In this document: positions 49,350-59,907 of the stretch, one piece after another
Layout of the letters: each line of letters starts with the position of its first letter
Numbering within the stretch: the stretch's first letter is position 1
DNA from: an uncultured bacterium
GTDB taxonomy: Bacteria > Babelota > Babeliae > Babelales > RVW-14
DNA: 64,000 bases
Direction of reading: 5' to 3'
NCBI GenBank assembly: GCA_963759805.1
Contig: CAVXAT010000001.1
Location: forward strand, 32,001-96,000
Notes under the pieces: model-generated
Told to the model about the DNA's origin: nothing
Seen by the model: the letters and a program-made list of their open reading frames with translations, nothing else
Database searches by the model: none
Made by a program: the position numbers and the translations under genes

Positions 49350-50360
49350 ATGAAGAAAATTTTTTTTGTTTTGTTCTTTTTTACATCTTCTATCCTTGCA
49401 ACAGAGATGTCTTTTCATCCAGCTGTGACAGATGGAGTCAATGTTTGGGCTGGCTTCGATCTCCTCTATTGGAAATCATGGGAGAAAGCTTTAGTTGCAA
49501 CTAACAGATTGTCGAATGTTTATACCACTGACGATTTCACACAAACTAGCCTTGTTCATCCTCATAGCGATTGGGATCTTGGGTATCGACTCGATTGCGG
49601 ATATATCTTCTCTAAGAATCATTTATGGGACATTGAAGGAAATTTTTTACACTATGCGTCTTTTGCATCATATCATAAGGCTTCTGGCAATTCCTATGAA
49701 GGAATGTTTCCCATATGGTCTTTGTCTAGTGATGTTATCTCGGGAGATTATGTTTTCGGGACGGCATTGAATTGGAAATCGACTCTCAACATGGCTGACA
49801 TACAAGCAGGAAGATGTTTTTCATTTTTCGATCGTTTATATCTAAAACCCTTTTTTGGTCTCCGTTTACTATGCTTAGATCAGCATGGGCATGTAAACTA
49901 TAAAGGAGGGATGTTTTTGATCGGAATCGTACAGCCTGAGGTCTCAATTAATGGAACTGATTATATTAATATGGAAAATAACTATTGGGGCATGGGACCT
50001 CGTGTAGGAATGCAAGGGCAACTCCACATCAAAAAAGGAGTGGGGCTCTCTGGTCTAGCCGCAATCGCATTTCCTTATGGTTCTTTTTATGTGAAACAGA
50101 AAGAAGTCTATCTCAACACTGTTCGTTATTTTCATCAAGAACATATAGATCGATTTTGTTGGGTTGCGGATTTTTCTGGAGGGGTCTATTGGAAAATGCC
50201 ATTTCTTCAAGATAGATGTGCCTTCACTATAGGTGCAGACTGGGAATATCATCTCTTTCTTCATCAGTTCGAGTTGAAAAGAGATGCTTTTGATCTGGTA
50301 CCGAAAAATCGAAATTTTTCTACTAAGGGTGTGACATTTTCAGTTCGATTTGATTTTTAA
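49350..50360 (+). CDS. Outer-membrane beta-barrel protein (Legionella MOMP/Lpg1974-like)
   Basis: Signal peptide, LLYWK, W..GYR, YWGMGPRVG, amphipathic strands, terminal F. Confidence 0.65.
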   Translation: MKKIFFVLFFFTSSILATEMSFHPAVTDGVNVWAGFDLLYWKSWEKALVATNRLSNVYTTDDFTQTSLVHPHSDWDLGYRLDCGYIFSKNHLWDIEGNFLHYASFASYHKASGNSYEGMFPIWSLSSDVISGDYVFGTALNWKSTLNMADIQAGRCFSFFDRLYLKPFFGLRLLCLDQHGHVNYKGGMFLIGIVQPEVSINGTDYINMENNYWGMGPRVGMQGQLHIKKGVGLSGLAAIAFPYGSFYVKQKEVYLNTVRYFHQEHIDRFCWVADFSGGVYWKMPFLQDRCAFTIGADWEYHLFLHQFELKRDAFDLVPKNRNFSTKGVTFSVRFDF

Positions 50361-50377
50361 AAAATATGAGAGATACC

Positions 50378-51001
50378 ATGAAAAAAATTTTGTGTGCATT
50401 ACTGCTTCTCTACCTAGAGATATGCTTTGCGACGCCAGCACAGGTGATGATTATTCGTCATGCTGAAAAGAATACCAATGCATATGAATTAACAGGGCCT
50501 GGAGTAGAACGAGCGCAGGCGCTCGGATCTTATTTTACTCAAATCAATGATCCAAATAATCCGGGATTTGTAGGCAAAGCAGGACTTACAAATGTAACAC
50601 TTTTTGCCTATGGGCCCCCTTTTGCTTTGTATGCAGCAAGGCCAGTACACTTAGGTGGCGATTTTAATACTCGTTGTATTCAAACGATTACCCCCACGGC
50701 ACTCAAGTTGGAGTTGCCTATAAATTCCCCTTACGGACCTGGCCAAGAGAAGGATTTGGCACAGTCTATCCTAAATAATAACCAATATAACGGCAAAAAC
50801 ATTTTGATCTGCTGGCATGAGGGAGTAATCCCAGCCTTAATCGAGGCTTTCGGCTATAAATGTCGATACAACGTTGTAACCTATCCTGAGGATCGTTTCG
50901 ATTTTGTTTGGGTCATGACTTTTCCTATACCCAACCCTGCGCCAACGCTGAACCCCATTTTACAAAAGTTACTTTATGATGATCTAAATACTTTTCCGTG
51001 A
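50378..51001 (+). CDS. Secreted histidine phosphatase family protein, copy 1
   Basis: IIRHAEK, R, R..QT, ILICWH motifs; signal peptide. Confidence 0.8.
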   Translation: MKKILCALLLLYLEICFATPAQVMIIRHAEKNTNAYELTGPGVERAQALGSYFTQINDPNNPGFVGKAGLTNVTLFAYGPPFALYAARPVHLGGDFNTRCIQTITPTALKLELPINSPYGPGQEKDLAQSILNNNQYNGKNILICWHEGVIPALIEAFGYKCRYNVVTYPEDRFDFVWVMTFPIPNPAPTLNPILQKLLYDDLNTFP

Positions 51002-51030
51002 TCAATAAACATTTTAGTACGCTCTCTTGC

Positions 51031-51212
51031 GAGGGGTCTATTTGAAAATGCCATTTCTTCAAGATAGATATGCATTCACTATAGGTGCAAACTGGGAATA
51101 TCATCTCTTTCTTCATCAGTTCGAGTTGAAAAGAGATGCTTTTGATCTGGTACCGAAAAATCGAAATTTTTCGACTAAGGGTGTGACATTTTCAGTTCGA
51201 TTTGATTTTTAA
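51031..51212 (+). pseudogene. Duplicated 3' fragment of the OMP gene
   Basis: Near-identical to 50179-50360. Confidence 0.85.
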
Positions 51213-51229
51213 AAAATATGAGAGATACC

Positions 51230-51850
51230 ATGAAAAAAATTTTGTGTGCATTACTGCTTCTCTACCTAGAGATATGCTTTGCGACGCCAGCACAGGTGAT
51301 CATTATTCGTCATGGTGAAAAGAATACCAATACATCTGAATTAACAGGACCTGGGGTAGAACGAGCGCAGGCGCTCGGATCTTATTTTACTCAAATCAAT
51401 GATCCAAATAGTCCGGGATTTGTAGGCAAAGCAGGACTTACAAATGTAACACTTTTTGCCTATGGGCTTCCTTTTGCTTTGTATGCAGTAAGGCCAGTAC
51501 ATTTAAGTGACGATTTCAATACTCGTTGTATCCAAACGATTGCCCCCATGGCACTCATGTTGAAGTTGCCTATAAATTCCTCTTATGGAACCGGCCAAGA
51601 GCGGGAGTTGGCACAGTCTATCCTAAATAATCCCCAATATAACGGCAAAAACATTTTGATCTGCTGGCATCATTCCGTAATCCCAACCTTAATCAAGGCT
51701 TTCGGCTATAAATGTCGATACAACGTTGACGCCTATCCTGCTCGTTTCGATTTTGTTTGGGTCCTGACTTTTCCCATACCCAACCCTGTGCCAACGCTAG
51801 ACCCCATTTTACAAAAGTTACTTTATGGTGATCTCAATACTTTCCCGTGA
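51230..51850 (+). CDS. Secreted histidine phosphatase family protein, copy 2
   Basis: IIRHGEK, ILICWHH; diverged paralog of copy 1. Confidence 0.8.
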   Translation: MKKILCALLLLYLEICFATPAQVIIIRHGEKNTNTSELTGPGVERAQALGSYFTQINDPNSPGFVGKAGLTNVTLFAYGLPFALYAVRPVHLSDDFNTRCIQTIAPMALMLKLPINSSYGTGQERELAQSILNNPQYNGKNILICWHHSVIPTLIKAFGYKCRYNVDAYPARFDFVWVLTFPIPNPVPTLDPILQKLLYGDLNTFP

Positions 51851-51861
51851 TCAATAAACAT

Positions 51862-52968
51862 TTAGAATGACAATTCCAAACCCGCGCTTCCTCCATGAAA
51901 AAGCACATGGGAATTGGAACTCACGCCGAGCGCATTCACAGAGGTCGGATCTGAATTTGAATAAGTCTCATGTATCTGCCCGGGAGCCAGAGAGATGCCC
52001 GTAACCCATAGCGCCTCATAGCCGAGCTTCAGTGCAATCATATTGGTAACTTGATATTTACACTGCAAGCCGACTTCGCCAACAAAAGCGAGGTGATTGG
52101 TCGCAGCGTCTGAATCATACACGACCTTTGCAATGCTAACTCCAGTTGATTCTGACGCATGATTCCAATACCCTCCGATCTTTATCAATCCGTTGAGGAA
52201 GAAATGGCTACACCTGAATAATTTCCCGACCATACCGATCTGTAACCCATAGAGATTGTTTGTGGTGCTTGTATTCCAAAAGGGAGGATATGTCGGGGCT
52301 GGGGTGCCCGGTTGTTTTTCAAACCACGCAACATAGGCAAGATTGGCTTTCGGATAAATTTTCCATGTGGGCTGAATACGATCTCGTGGCGGAATTGTGC
52401 CTTGAAGGTTTTCATGCAGCTGCAGCCATCGAAATCCGGCAAACAAGGTTATCACGTTGGAGAATTTCTTCTGCATGTTGAGTTCCGCATTATAAAGTTT
52501 CGTAGAGTAGTCCCATGTCATTGACTGGTACGTAAAATCCTGAGTCTGAAAAAAATCGCCAGGAGCCCTCATTACCAGCCAGTCCAGCGGATTATCAGGT
52601 CCAATGGATCGGGTGGAGTTCCAGTCGCCGATGTGAAAAAAAGATAATAATAAATCATGTTTGGAATCGACGTGGTAAGCCGCGCCCAACCTAAATCCAG
52701 GGGAAAATCCCTGTTTAAGATTGGTGCTGTTAAGGGCCGGGTCACCGTGCGTGGCCGGAATATTTAAGAAATAGGTGGTGCCCTGTACTCGTTCAACAAG
52801 CGTATACTTGGCAGTGCCGACACGGTCAAAGATGATCGCTTCCGCTGATAAGGTACACCGTGGAGGGTGTAACAACGGGACTGCATTGGCTTGTATACAA
52901 AAACAGAAGAGAATCGGAAGCAAGAGCTTTAAAGAAAATTTATACTTTCTTAGATTACGAAATTGCAT
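51862..52968 (-). CDS. Outer-membrane beta-barrel protein (BBP7-like)
   Basis: Signal peptide, ELN, GFRW, TNNLYG.QIG, LGYEALW..G, HGGSAGLELSF terminus. Confidence 0.6.
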   Translation of the reverse strand: MQFRNLRKYKFSLKLLLPILFCFCIQANAVPLLHPPRCTLSAEAIIFDRVGTAKYTLVERVQGTTYFLNIPATHGDPALNSTNLKQGFSPGFRLGAAYHVDSKHDLLLSFFHIGDWNSTRSIGPDNPLDWLVMRAPGDFFQTQDFTYQSMTWDYSTKLYNAELNMQKKFSNVITLFAGFRWLQLHENLQGTIPPRDRIQPTWKIYPKANLAYVAWFEKQPGTPAPTYPPFWNTSTTNNLYGLQIGMVGKLFRCSHFFLNGLIKIGGYWNHASESTGVSIAKVVYDSDAATNHLAFVGEVGLQCKYQVTNMIALKLGYEALWVTGISLAPGQIHETYSNSDPTSVNALGVSSNSHVLFHGGSAGLELSF

Positions 52969-53017
52969 GTCTGAACTCCCTTAATTCTTAGGATTAATAA
53001 GCAAAAAGGCTTATGTC

Positions 53018-53491
53018 TTAATATTCAAATTTATCGGTTTTTTGCTTCCAAGCTTCAAATGCTTTTACAGCTTCGTATTGCATTATTTGAATTGTAGGAA
53101 TAGATCTTTCCGACATTGTTTTTTTTAATTCATCGTAGATAAATGAATCGTCAAACCCTATTTTTTGGGCATCAGTTCTACTATTGGCATAAAAAATTTT
53201 GTCTATTCTTGCCCAATAAATTGCCCCCAAGCACATTGGGCAGGGTTCGCATGATGTATATATTATGCAACCGGATAAATCAAAGGATTTCAATGCTGAG
53301 CAAGCAGCTCTGATTGCATTTATTTCTGCATGTGCAGTTGGGTCATTATCTAATGTTACACTATTTGATGCTTTTGATATAATTTTCCGGTCTTTTACAA
53401 TCACGGCGCCAAAGGGGCCCCCTTTGTTATTAACGCTGTTAAGCGAAAGTTCTATTGCAATCAGCATGAAATTCTTATCTTTTTCTTGCAT
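53018..53491 (-). CDS. Nucleoside/guanine deaminase (cytidine-deaminase fold)
   Basis: GGPFGAVIV, DPTAHAE, SCEPCPMC, GFDD. Confidence 0.9.
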   Translation of the reverse strand: MQEKDKNFMLIAIELSLNSVNNKGGPFGAVIVKDRKIISKASNSVTLDNDPTAHAEINAIRAACSALKSFDLSGCIIYTSCEPCPMCLGAIYWARIDKIFYANSRTDAQKIGFDDSFIYDELKKTMSERSIPTIQIMQYEAVKAFEAWKQKTDKFEY

Positions 53492-53715
53492 AAAAAATTC
53501 CTTCTACAGAATCTAATATCAAAATAGTCGCAATAGCCAATTCCTTTTGTGTTCCCTTGCCTTCCAGTTATGAAATTCTTTAAAGAGATTTAAAATGCCT
53601 TGTTTCGATGATTGATCAATTACCTTATTTATGAATTTTAAACTTCTTTTTATATCAACACGATACCCTTTATCCCTTTGATCGATAAGTACAATATTAT
53701 TGCCTTGTACTATTA

Positions 53716-54717
53716 ACGCCAGTTCGATAATTAAAAAAGTTCTTTAAAAAAAGCCTTTCTCGTTTAAATTGAGAAAAATGAAACCCTCAAAAAAAAAGAG
53801 AAAGGCTAAACATGTTCTTAACAACTATTTTTTGCGAAATTGATGATTTTTGCAAGCAATATGAAAAATATGTTAAAGAAAAGAGAGTAAAGAATAACAC
53901 GTTAAATGCTGCAGGACGCCCACGAGGCATGACTCTAAGCGATATTCTTACGATTTGCGTATATTTTCATTATTCTGGATATCACACATTCAAAAGATAT
54001 TACAAAGACCATGTTTGCAAAGAATTGAAAACAGCCTTTGGGGCTTTGGTTAGCTACACTCGCTTTACTGAGTTAATGCATGAGGCTGCAGAGCCATTGG
54101 CATTATTTGCTGCAAGTCGCAACAGTAAAAATATGCGCGGTATTGCCTTTATTGATTCCACAAAATTGGTTGTGTGCCACAATCTTCGAATTTACTCACA
54201 CAAAGTTTTTAAGGGTATTGCTCAGCGCGGAAAATCATCAATGGGCTGGTTTTATGGGTTCAAACTCCATCTTGTGATTAATCATTTCGGTGAAATTTTG
54301 TCATTTTGGATTACCCCAGGAAATACTGATGACCGTAACGAATCAGTTATTTCTAAAGTTACAAAAAATCTTTGGGGTTGGCTTTTTGGCGATCGTGGTT
54401 ATATATCACAACCTCTTTTTGAAAAACTTTTTAGGCGTGGTCTCAAGCTTATAACAAAGCTTAAAAAGGGTATGAAAAACAAGCTCATGATCTTTTTTGA
54501 AAAACTTTTTCTAAAAAAACGAAACATCATTGAATCTGTTAACAATATCCTGAAAAATACCTTTAAAATCGAACATACTAGACATAGATGTGTTAAAAAT
54601 TTTTTCACGAATGTTTTTGCTGCAATTTCAGCCTATTCTTTTCATCAACACAAACCTGCGATAGGTGTGGGGTTTTTTGCTGAAATTCCAAGCCTTAACT
54701 AATTATCGAACTGGCGT
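53716..54717 (+). mobile_element. IS982-family insertion sequence, copy 2 (1002 bp)
   Basis: Same TIRs as copy 1; TSD tactatta (53708-53715, 54718-54725). Confidence 0.93.
53812..54702 (+). CDS. IS982-family DDE transposase
   Basis: Protein identical to 21036..21926. Confidence 0.92.
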   Translation: MFLTTIFCEIDDFCKQYEKYVKEKRVKNNTLNAAGRPRGMTLSDILTICVYFHYSGYHTFKRYYKDHVCKELKTAFGALVSYTRFTELMHEAAEPLALFAASRNSKNMRGIAFIDSTKLVVCHNLRIYSHKVFKGIAQRGKSSMGWFYGFKLHLVINHFGEILSFWITPGNTDDRNESVISKVTKNLWGWLFGDRGYISQPLFEKLFRRGLKLITKLKKGMKNKLMIFFEKLFLKKRNIIESVNNILKNTFKIEHTRHRCVKNFFTNVFAAISAYSFHQHKPAIGVGFFAEIPSLN

Positions 54718-55890
54718 TACTATTAGATTCCATGGCGCAAAATCGGTTAGTTTTTCTCGTGTAAGTTTGGCTACCGATTGCTTAATGTCTTCTTTTGTAG
54801 GATATGTACCATTAAGCATAAGAAATGTTACAAGATTTATTCCCTTTTTCCATTCAGGACCAGATGAATGGCCTTTTTTTAGAAAGGTTTTTTGCGTATA
54901 AGAGCTTTTAATACGGAATAAGTCCATATACGAATCTTTAGATTTCCATGCAAAGCACTTGCAGCGCAATCCACTTTTATTACGCTGCAACCAAAACATT
55001 TGTTCTTCCATTTTCGGTTCATATGCGCACGGAGTTTGTAAAATTAATTTTCCGGATTGTTTAGCAAAATATTCAACAACCTTTCTTTTTGCCATGTTTT
55101 CTGACGAAACATTTGACCAAGGAGTTTGGATAAATATATTGTCCCCCAAGCGTAATATAGCATTGACTGTCTGTTTCCAATTGCAATTTTCATGATCAAT
55201 ATAATCAAAAGCCAAAACCACATCAAAATGTTCACAATCGGCAAGCTTTTCCAGCTCTTTCAGTGACATTCTTTTGTTTAAAAGAACTATGTTTTGCAAA
55301 TGAGAGTTCAGATGACAAAGCTCCAAGAGTTGGTCGGCCCGTCGCGATGAACCATCATTATCCTCAGACATAATGCATGTTGAAGCAAAATCATTAGCAA
55401 TACGAAATGTAAAATATCCTTGTCCTGCACCAAGATCGAGCACCGTAATGGGCCGTTTGTATCGTTCTAGTATAGGCTTAATGACATCATAGCATCTTTG
55501 ACAATCGCTAAGCCCTTTTTGTACTACAACATTGTTAACAATAACATCTTGGCATTCTTGATGTTGCCGCGCGGCATTAACTTGAAAAATACAGAACGAT
55601 AAAGATACGCACGCAAAGAACTTTGCGTGAAATTGTTTTTTCATACTCCCTCCCCAAATGGCATGTACACCCCAATATTTAATCTCCTGTCGTTTAGTAT
55701 AATCAATAGTGATTCTTCAGATAAAGATATTTATTTTTCAAACAGAATATTAAGTATAATTCGCTATTGCTCCAAATTGTGTTTGGCAACCACATAATGA
55801 ACTTCCAGCGTCAATTGAAAGATTTTGCAAAAATTGTTAAATTTATAAAAACATTAATTAAAAACAATTTATTAACCCAAAGATCCCATT

Positions 55891-56880
55891 ATGAGTTTTG
55901 CAATACAAACAGATAACCTCACAAAAACGTTTTCCGTTAGGAAAAAACCTGTCACGGCCGTCAACGGCATCAGTCTCACGGTTCATACCGGTGAAATTTT
56001 TGGATTTCTTGGTCCAAATGGCGCGGGAAAAACTACTACCATGCGTATGCTTACGACGTTGCTTAAACCAACAGGGGGGACTGCATTAGTTGCAGGTTAC
56101 GATCTTTCAAAACAACCGGAGTTGGTGCGTGCAAACATTGGGTATGTTAGTCAATCCGGTGGGCTTGAAGGTAGTGCCACTGCTCGTGAAAACTTAATCT
56201 TGCAGGCAAGAGTGTTCGGTAAAAGTTTTAAAGAAGCATCCGTGCGAGTAGATGAGCTCATCAAGGCTTTTGACTTGCAAGAATTTGCTGATCGCTATGT
56301 GCAGACTTATTCTGGTGGGCAACGACGTAAAGTTGACATTGCTCTTGGTTTGGTACACAACCCCAAGCTTCTATTTTTAGATGAGCCTACCGTTGGGCTT
56401 GATCCGCAAAGTCGTGCAAATATATGGGCTCAAATTCGTAAGTTACGTGAACAAGGCACAACTATTTTTTTAACTACTCATTACTTGGATGAAGCAGACA
56501 ATTTATGCGATAGAGTTGCCATTGTCGATCATGGAATTATCGTTGCTCTTGATTCTCCTCAATCTCTCAAGCGCCTGATTGCCAGTGATATAATTGTCTT
56601 GGAGATGGCAAAACAGACACCAGAACAAACTCAAAAACAAGTGATTGATACCTTAGACATAAAAGCACTGTTTACTTCAATTGCTGACGTACGTGAAGTG
56701 ATTAAAGAAAAAGAAAGTATTAGATTGCTTGTGCGACATGGTGAAGCACTGCTTCCTGATATTTTGCGGCTCTGTGATAAAGCAGGGATTGCGCTAACAA
56801 CCATCGCGCTGCATCATCCAACATTAGATGATGTATTTTTACAAAAAACAGGACGATCATTTATTCAAGAAGATAAATAG
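55891..56880 (+). CDS. ABC exporter ATP-binding subunit (DrrA-like)
   Basis: GPNGAGKT, YSGGQ, FLDEPT, TTHY, C-terminal PTLDDVF. Confidence 0.92.
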   Translation: MSFAIQTDNLTKTFSVRKKPVTAVNGISLTVHTGEIFGFLGPNGAGKTTTMRMLTTLLKPTGGTALVAGYDLSKQPELVRANIGYVSQSGGLEGSATARENLILQARVFGKSFKEASVRVDELIKAFDLQEFADRYVQTYSGGQRRKVDIALGLVHNPKLLFLDEPTVGLDPQSRANIWAQIRKLREQGTTIFLTTHYLDEADNLCDRVAIVDHGIIVALDSPQSLKRLIASDIIVLEMAKQTPEQTQKQVIDTLDIKALFTSIADVREVIKEKESIRLLVRHGEALLPDILRLCDKAGIALTTIALHHPTLDDVFLQKTGRSFIQEDK

Positions 56881-56894
56881 TAAGGAAATCTGCT

Positions 56895-57656
56895 ATGGCA
56901 TTATTTCGCGACACCGGACTTATTTTTTCAAGAAGTCTTCAAATTACATTGCGCAATCCCGTATGGATTATATTTGGGCTTTTTCAGCCGCTCTGTTTTT
57001 TTCTTTTATTTGCGCCACTTCTGGATAAGCTTGTCGGCAATCCCGGCTTTGGCGCGGGCAGTTCGCTAGTAATATTTACGCCGGGACTTTTAATCATGAC
57101 AGCTATGTATGCAACAGCTTTTGTTGGTTTCAATTTGATTGATGATATACGTTCAGGCGTCATCGAACGCTTTCGCGTAACGCCAATAAATAGAGTAGCA
57201 CTGCTTTTGGGGCGATCACTGCGCGATGTGTTCATTCTTGTTATTCAATCAATATTTCTTCTTATTCTTGCATGGTTCTTTGGATTAAAAGCACCATTGA
57301 TAGGTATTTTACTATCATTTGGCTTGGTTATTATGATTGGATTTTCAATATCAGTTATATCTTACAGCGTTGCGATGATCTTGCAGAATGAAGATAGCCT
57401 TGCCCCAGCTATTAATTTTTTTCTGTTGCCTGCACAGTTGTTAGCAGGAGTGACTCTTCCTTTAACCCTTGCTCCTGCATGGCTTGCAAGAATCGCATTT
57501 TTCAATCCTCTTTCTCATGCAGTGTCGGCAGCAAGAGCACTTTTTCATGGTTCATATACCGATGCAACAGTTTGGTGGGGATTTGGGGTAATGGTGCTGG
57601 TAACGATCGTTGCATTTTACTGGTCAGCCAATTTGTTCAAGAAATCTGCCGAGTAG
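56895..57656 (+). CDS. ABC-2 type permease (DrrB-like)
   Basis: Six TM segments, NPLSHAV; operonic with the ATPase. Confidence 0.9.
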   Translation: MALFRDTGLIFSRSLQITLRNPVWIIFGLFQPLCFFLLFAPLLDKLVGNPGFGAGSSLVIFTPGLLIMTAMYATAFVGFNLIDDIRSGVIERFRVTPINRVALLLGRSLRDVFILVIQSIFLLILAWFFGLKAPLIGILLSFGLVIMIGFSISVISYSVAMILQNEDSLAPAINFFLLPAQLLAGVTLPLTLAPAWLARIAFFNPLSHAVSAARALFHGSYTDATVWWGFGVMVLVTIVAFYWSANLFKKSAE

Positions 57657-57747
57657 TTTTTTATTATTTTCTTGCTTTGCCATTTAATCTGGTATTAGGC
57701 TATCTCAAGATGTTTTGTAACATTAGTTGCTAGCTGAAGGAGATTGT

Positions 57748-57918
57748 ATGGTTTATGTGGAATATCAGGGCTACTTTGTTGGGTGGGGAACATTGGCTTT
57801 AATTAACTCCGCCTTGGCACAGCTGCATGGTCGCAGCGCGCTTTTATGGTTTTTTCTATCACTGTTTTTTGGTCCAATTGCAACATTTTTTCTCTTAATA
57901 ACATACAAAAAAATATAA
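57748..57918 (+). CDS. Small membrane protein
   Basis: AGGAG RBS; LAQ..GRS.L.WF.LS.FFGPIA. Confidence 0.65.
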   Translation: MVYVEYQGYFVGWGTLALINSALAQLHGRSALLWFFLSLFFGPIATFFLLITYKKI

Positions 57919-57928
57919 GGAGATAGTC

Positions 57929-58396
57929 ATGAGTATTTTCTCAAGTATTTTCTCATTTGGTAAGAAGGCTACAGCTAAGATCAGAACCCAATGGTTGATA
58001 TCCTTTGTAATTTTTTATCTTGTATTTGTTGGGTTATCATTTTTTTATTGTGATCTTTTATGCAAGTGGTTGGGATTTCCTGGGGCATCGTGTTGTAGTT
58101 TCTGTCTTTTTATTCCATTTCTTATTCTTTTTAGTGCAGTGCCCGTCTATTATTTTGCTTATAAAAAAAATGGGACTAAGTGGTTGATGTTTACAATTAT
58201 AAAAATGTACATATGGATTGCCATGTCTTTGGGTTTGATAGGTTTAGCTGCATATGGGTGCTACATGAAGCATTTTCATGAGATTATAAATTCTCTGGCT
58301 TTGATAGGGATTATCTCTTTTGTATTGCTGATAAATTGTGCCTATTTTTTGATTAACTGTTATCGTCTTTACAAAATTAATGAAGCCAGACGTTGA
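57929..58396 (+). CDS. Hypothetical 4-TM membrane protein
   Basis: AGGAG RBS; four hydrophobic segments. Confidence 0.65.
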   Translation: MSIFSSIFSFGKKATAKIRTQWLISFVIFYLVFVGLSFFYCDLLCKWLGFPGASCCSFCLFIPFLILFSAVPVYYFAYKKNGTKWLMFTIIKMYIWIAMSLGLIGLAAYGCYMKHFHEIINSLALIGIISFVLLINCAYFLINCYRLYKINEARR

Positions 58397-58440
58397 ATGG
58401 TTTTTTTAATTTCATGAGATTTTTTATTCATGTTCCATAT

Positions 58441-59223
58441 CTACCATGTGTAATATAGCGCTGCATAATATAAAAACTGTCCAAGTCCAGTGTGATTGCC
58501 AACGGAATAGATGAGCTGTAAAGTTTTATGCAACTTTATACCTCCTCCAACATTAAATGCAAATGATTCATGTTCATTAATCTTGGCTTTGGTTTGATAA
58601 ATTGTTTCTAATCCCATCCACCAATACTTGGTTATTTCTCGTTGGATAACCGACCCAAAAAATAAATAATCTTTATTATTTAGTCCGGGATTAAACCAGT
58701 ATCCCCCACCGCCGAATGCTGTCCATTCCTGCCCTTTTTTACCCCAGCTTTTTTGTAACCATAGTGGTATGAATACCTGCGTCTTCCCATTTCCTAGCCC
58801 TTTTCCCGAATCTCCGGTTGGCGCCTCTATCAAAGGGAAAATTCCAATTTGAGGTACTGATTTGGTTTCATGGATGATGCGATATTTTACTCCAAGTTCA
58901 ATGATTCCGGGGCCGTAATTGGCAGATTGGCCGTTTTTTTTATCAATTGTTAAAGGAACAATTATATGAAGCTGGGTGTCTTTAAATGCTCCATAATCCG
59001 CTTCAACCAAAGGCAGAAAGGCGTAAAATTCATTTGAACTTTTAGTTCCTATGGACCCCAAATAAAATTCTCCGTGTTTATATGGAATGGCGTCAGGGTC
59101 ATCTGTGATGAATGGAGGGCCTGCTTGCAGAAAATTGTCTGTCAATGTTATAAATGACAATGTTGTAAAAAAGATAAGAAGAGTCCAAGCATTTTTAATT
59201 TTTACGGTATTTTTAATCTTCAC
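58441..59223 (-). CDS. Putative outer-membrane beta-barrel/transporter
   Basis: GTG start after GGGAG, signal peptide, GPPFITDDP, ELGVKYR, PTGD..GLG.G, aromatic C-terminus. Confidence 0.6.
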   Translation of the reverse strand: MKIKNTVKIKNAWTLLIFFTTLSFITLTDNFLQAGPPFITDDPDAIPYKHGEFYLGSIGTKSSNEFYAFLPLVEADYGAFKDTQLHIIVPLTIDKKNGQSANYGPGIIELGVKYRIIHETKSVPQIGIFPLIEAPTGDSGKGLGNGKTQVFIPLWLQKSWGKKGQEWTAFGGGGYWFNPGLNNKDYLFFGSVIQREITKYWWMGLETIYQTKAKINEHESFAFNVGGGIKLHKTLQLIYSVGNHTGLGQFLYYAALYYTW

Positions 59224-59331
59224 GTACCAATCTCCCTTGTGAGATGAAAGATATACAGGATAGCTACTACAGCTACAAAATAGCACGCAGAGTTTTTCTT
59301 ATCAATTCAAAAACATATCCGTGATAATATT

Positions 59332-59907
59332 TCAGCTCGATTCAATTTCAATCGATTCCTTGCCCTCTATCTCCTCCTTGGTGACAAGTCCACTGATAGC
59401 AAATGCACGTTTCAGCGCCATTGCTTCAGCTACTTTAAGAATCATTGCATTGGTATACTGTTGCCAGATAGGGGCATCTTTTTTGTAATACTCTTTAATA
59501 CTTACAAATACGGAAGTTGCCTTTTCACGGTCTTTGCGAAAGACATTACAAAAGGCTCCGGTTAATTTTGATTTATCAAAAATTAGATGGTCCGGTCCAT
59601 AGGTAATGAGTAAACTTCCATCATCTCTTTTGGTAAGTACATCTCCCTGATAAACTACTTCGCTTTCTATGCCATTAAAATGTTCATTAAGATTTGCTAT
59701 TTTCAGATATCCGTCTCTACTTGTAATGACAGTCGACCTCCCACCATACTTAATAAAATAAATTTCTTTTTTAAGCGGATCAAGATTGTACGCATGACAT
59801 AAGTACATAAACGATTTAAATTCGTCATCGGTTGCTCCTTGAGCAACCATTTTTTTTATGTGTTCCTGATCTTCTTTAACAAGATCAATTTTAGGTTTGG
59901 GTACCAT
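59332..59907 (-). CDS. RecT/Bet-family single-strand annealing protein
   Basis: F...C....LDP.KKEIYFIKY, DGY.KIA, W.....MI.KVAE..ALKRAF; likely start at 59907. Confidence 0.85.
   Translation of the reverse strand: MVPKPKIDLVKEDQEHIKKMVAQGATDDEFKSFMYLCHAYNLDPLKKEIYFIKYGGRSTVITSRDGYLKIANLNEHFNGIESEVVYQGDVLTKRDDGSLLITYGPDHLIFDKSKLTGAFCNVFRKDREKATSVFVSIKEYYKKDAPIWQQYTNAMILKVAEAMALKRAFAISGLVTKEEIEGKESIEIESS

Larger units (their letters stand above)
50179..51864 (+). repeat. Tandem duplication, period 852 bp
   Basis: gaggggtctatt...gatcaataaacattt at 50179-51014 and 51031-51863. Confidence 0.92.
53519..55644 (-). pseudogene. SAM methyltransferase with kinase-like C-terminus, interrupted by IS982
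   Basis: VLDLGAGQGYF; removing the IS and 8-bp TSD gives 371 aa continuing DFAPWNLIVQGNNIVLIDQ...WLLRLF*. Confidence 0.8.

Noticed and set aside
50179..51864. Diversity-generating retroelement template/variable repeat pair
   Set aside because: There is no reverse transcriptase in the window, differences are not restricted to adenines, and the whole gene is duplicated.
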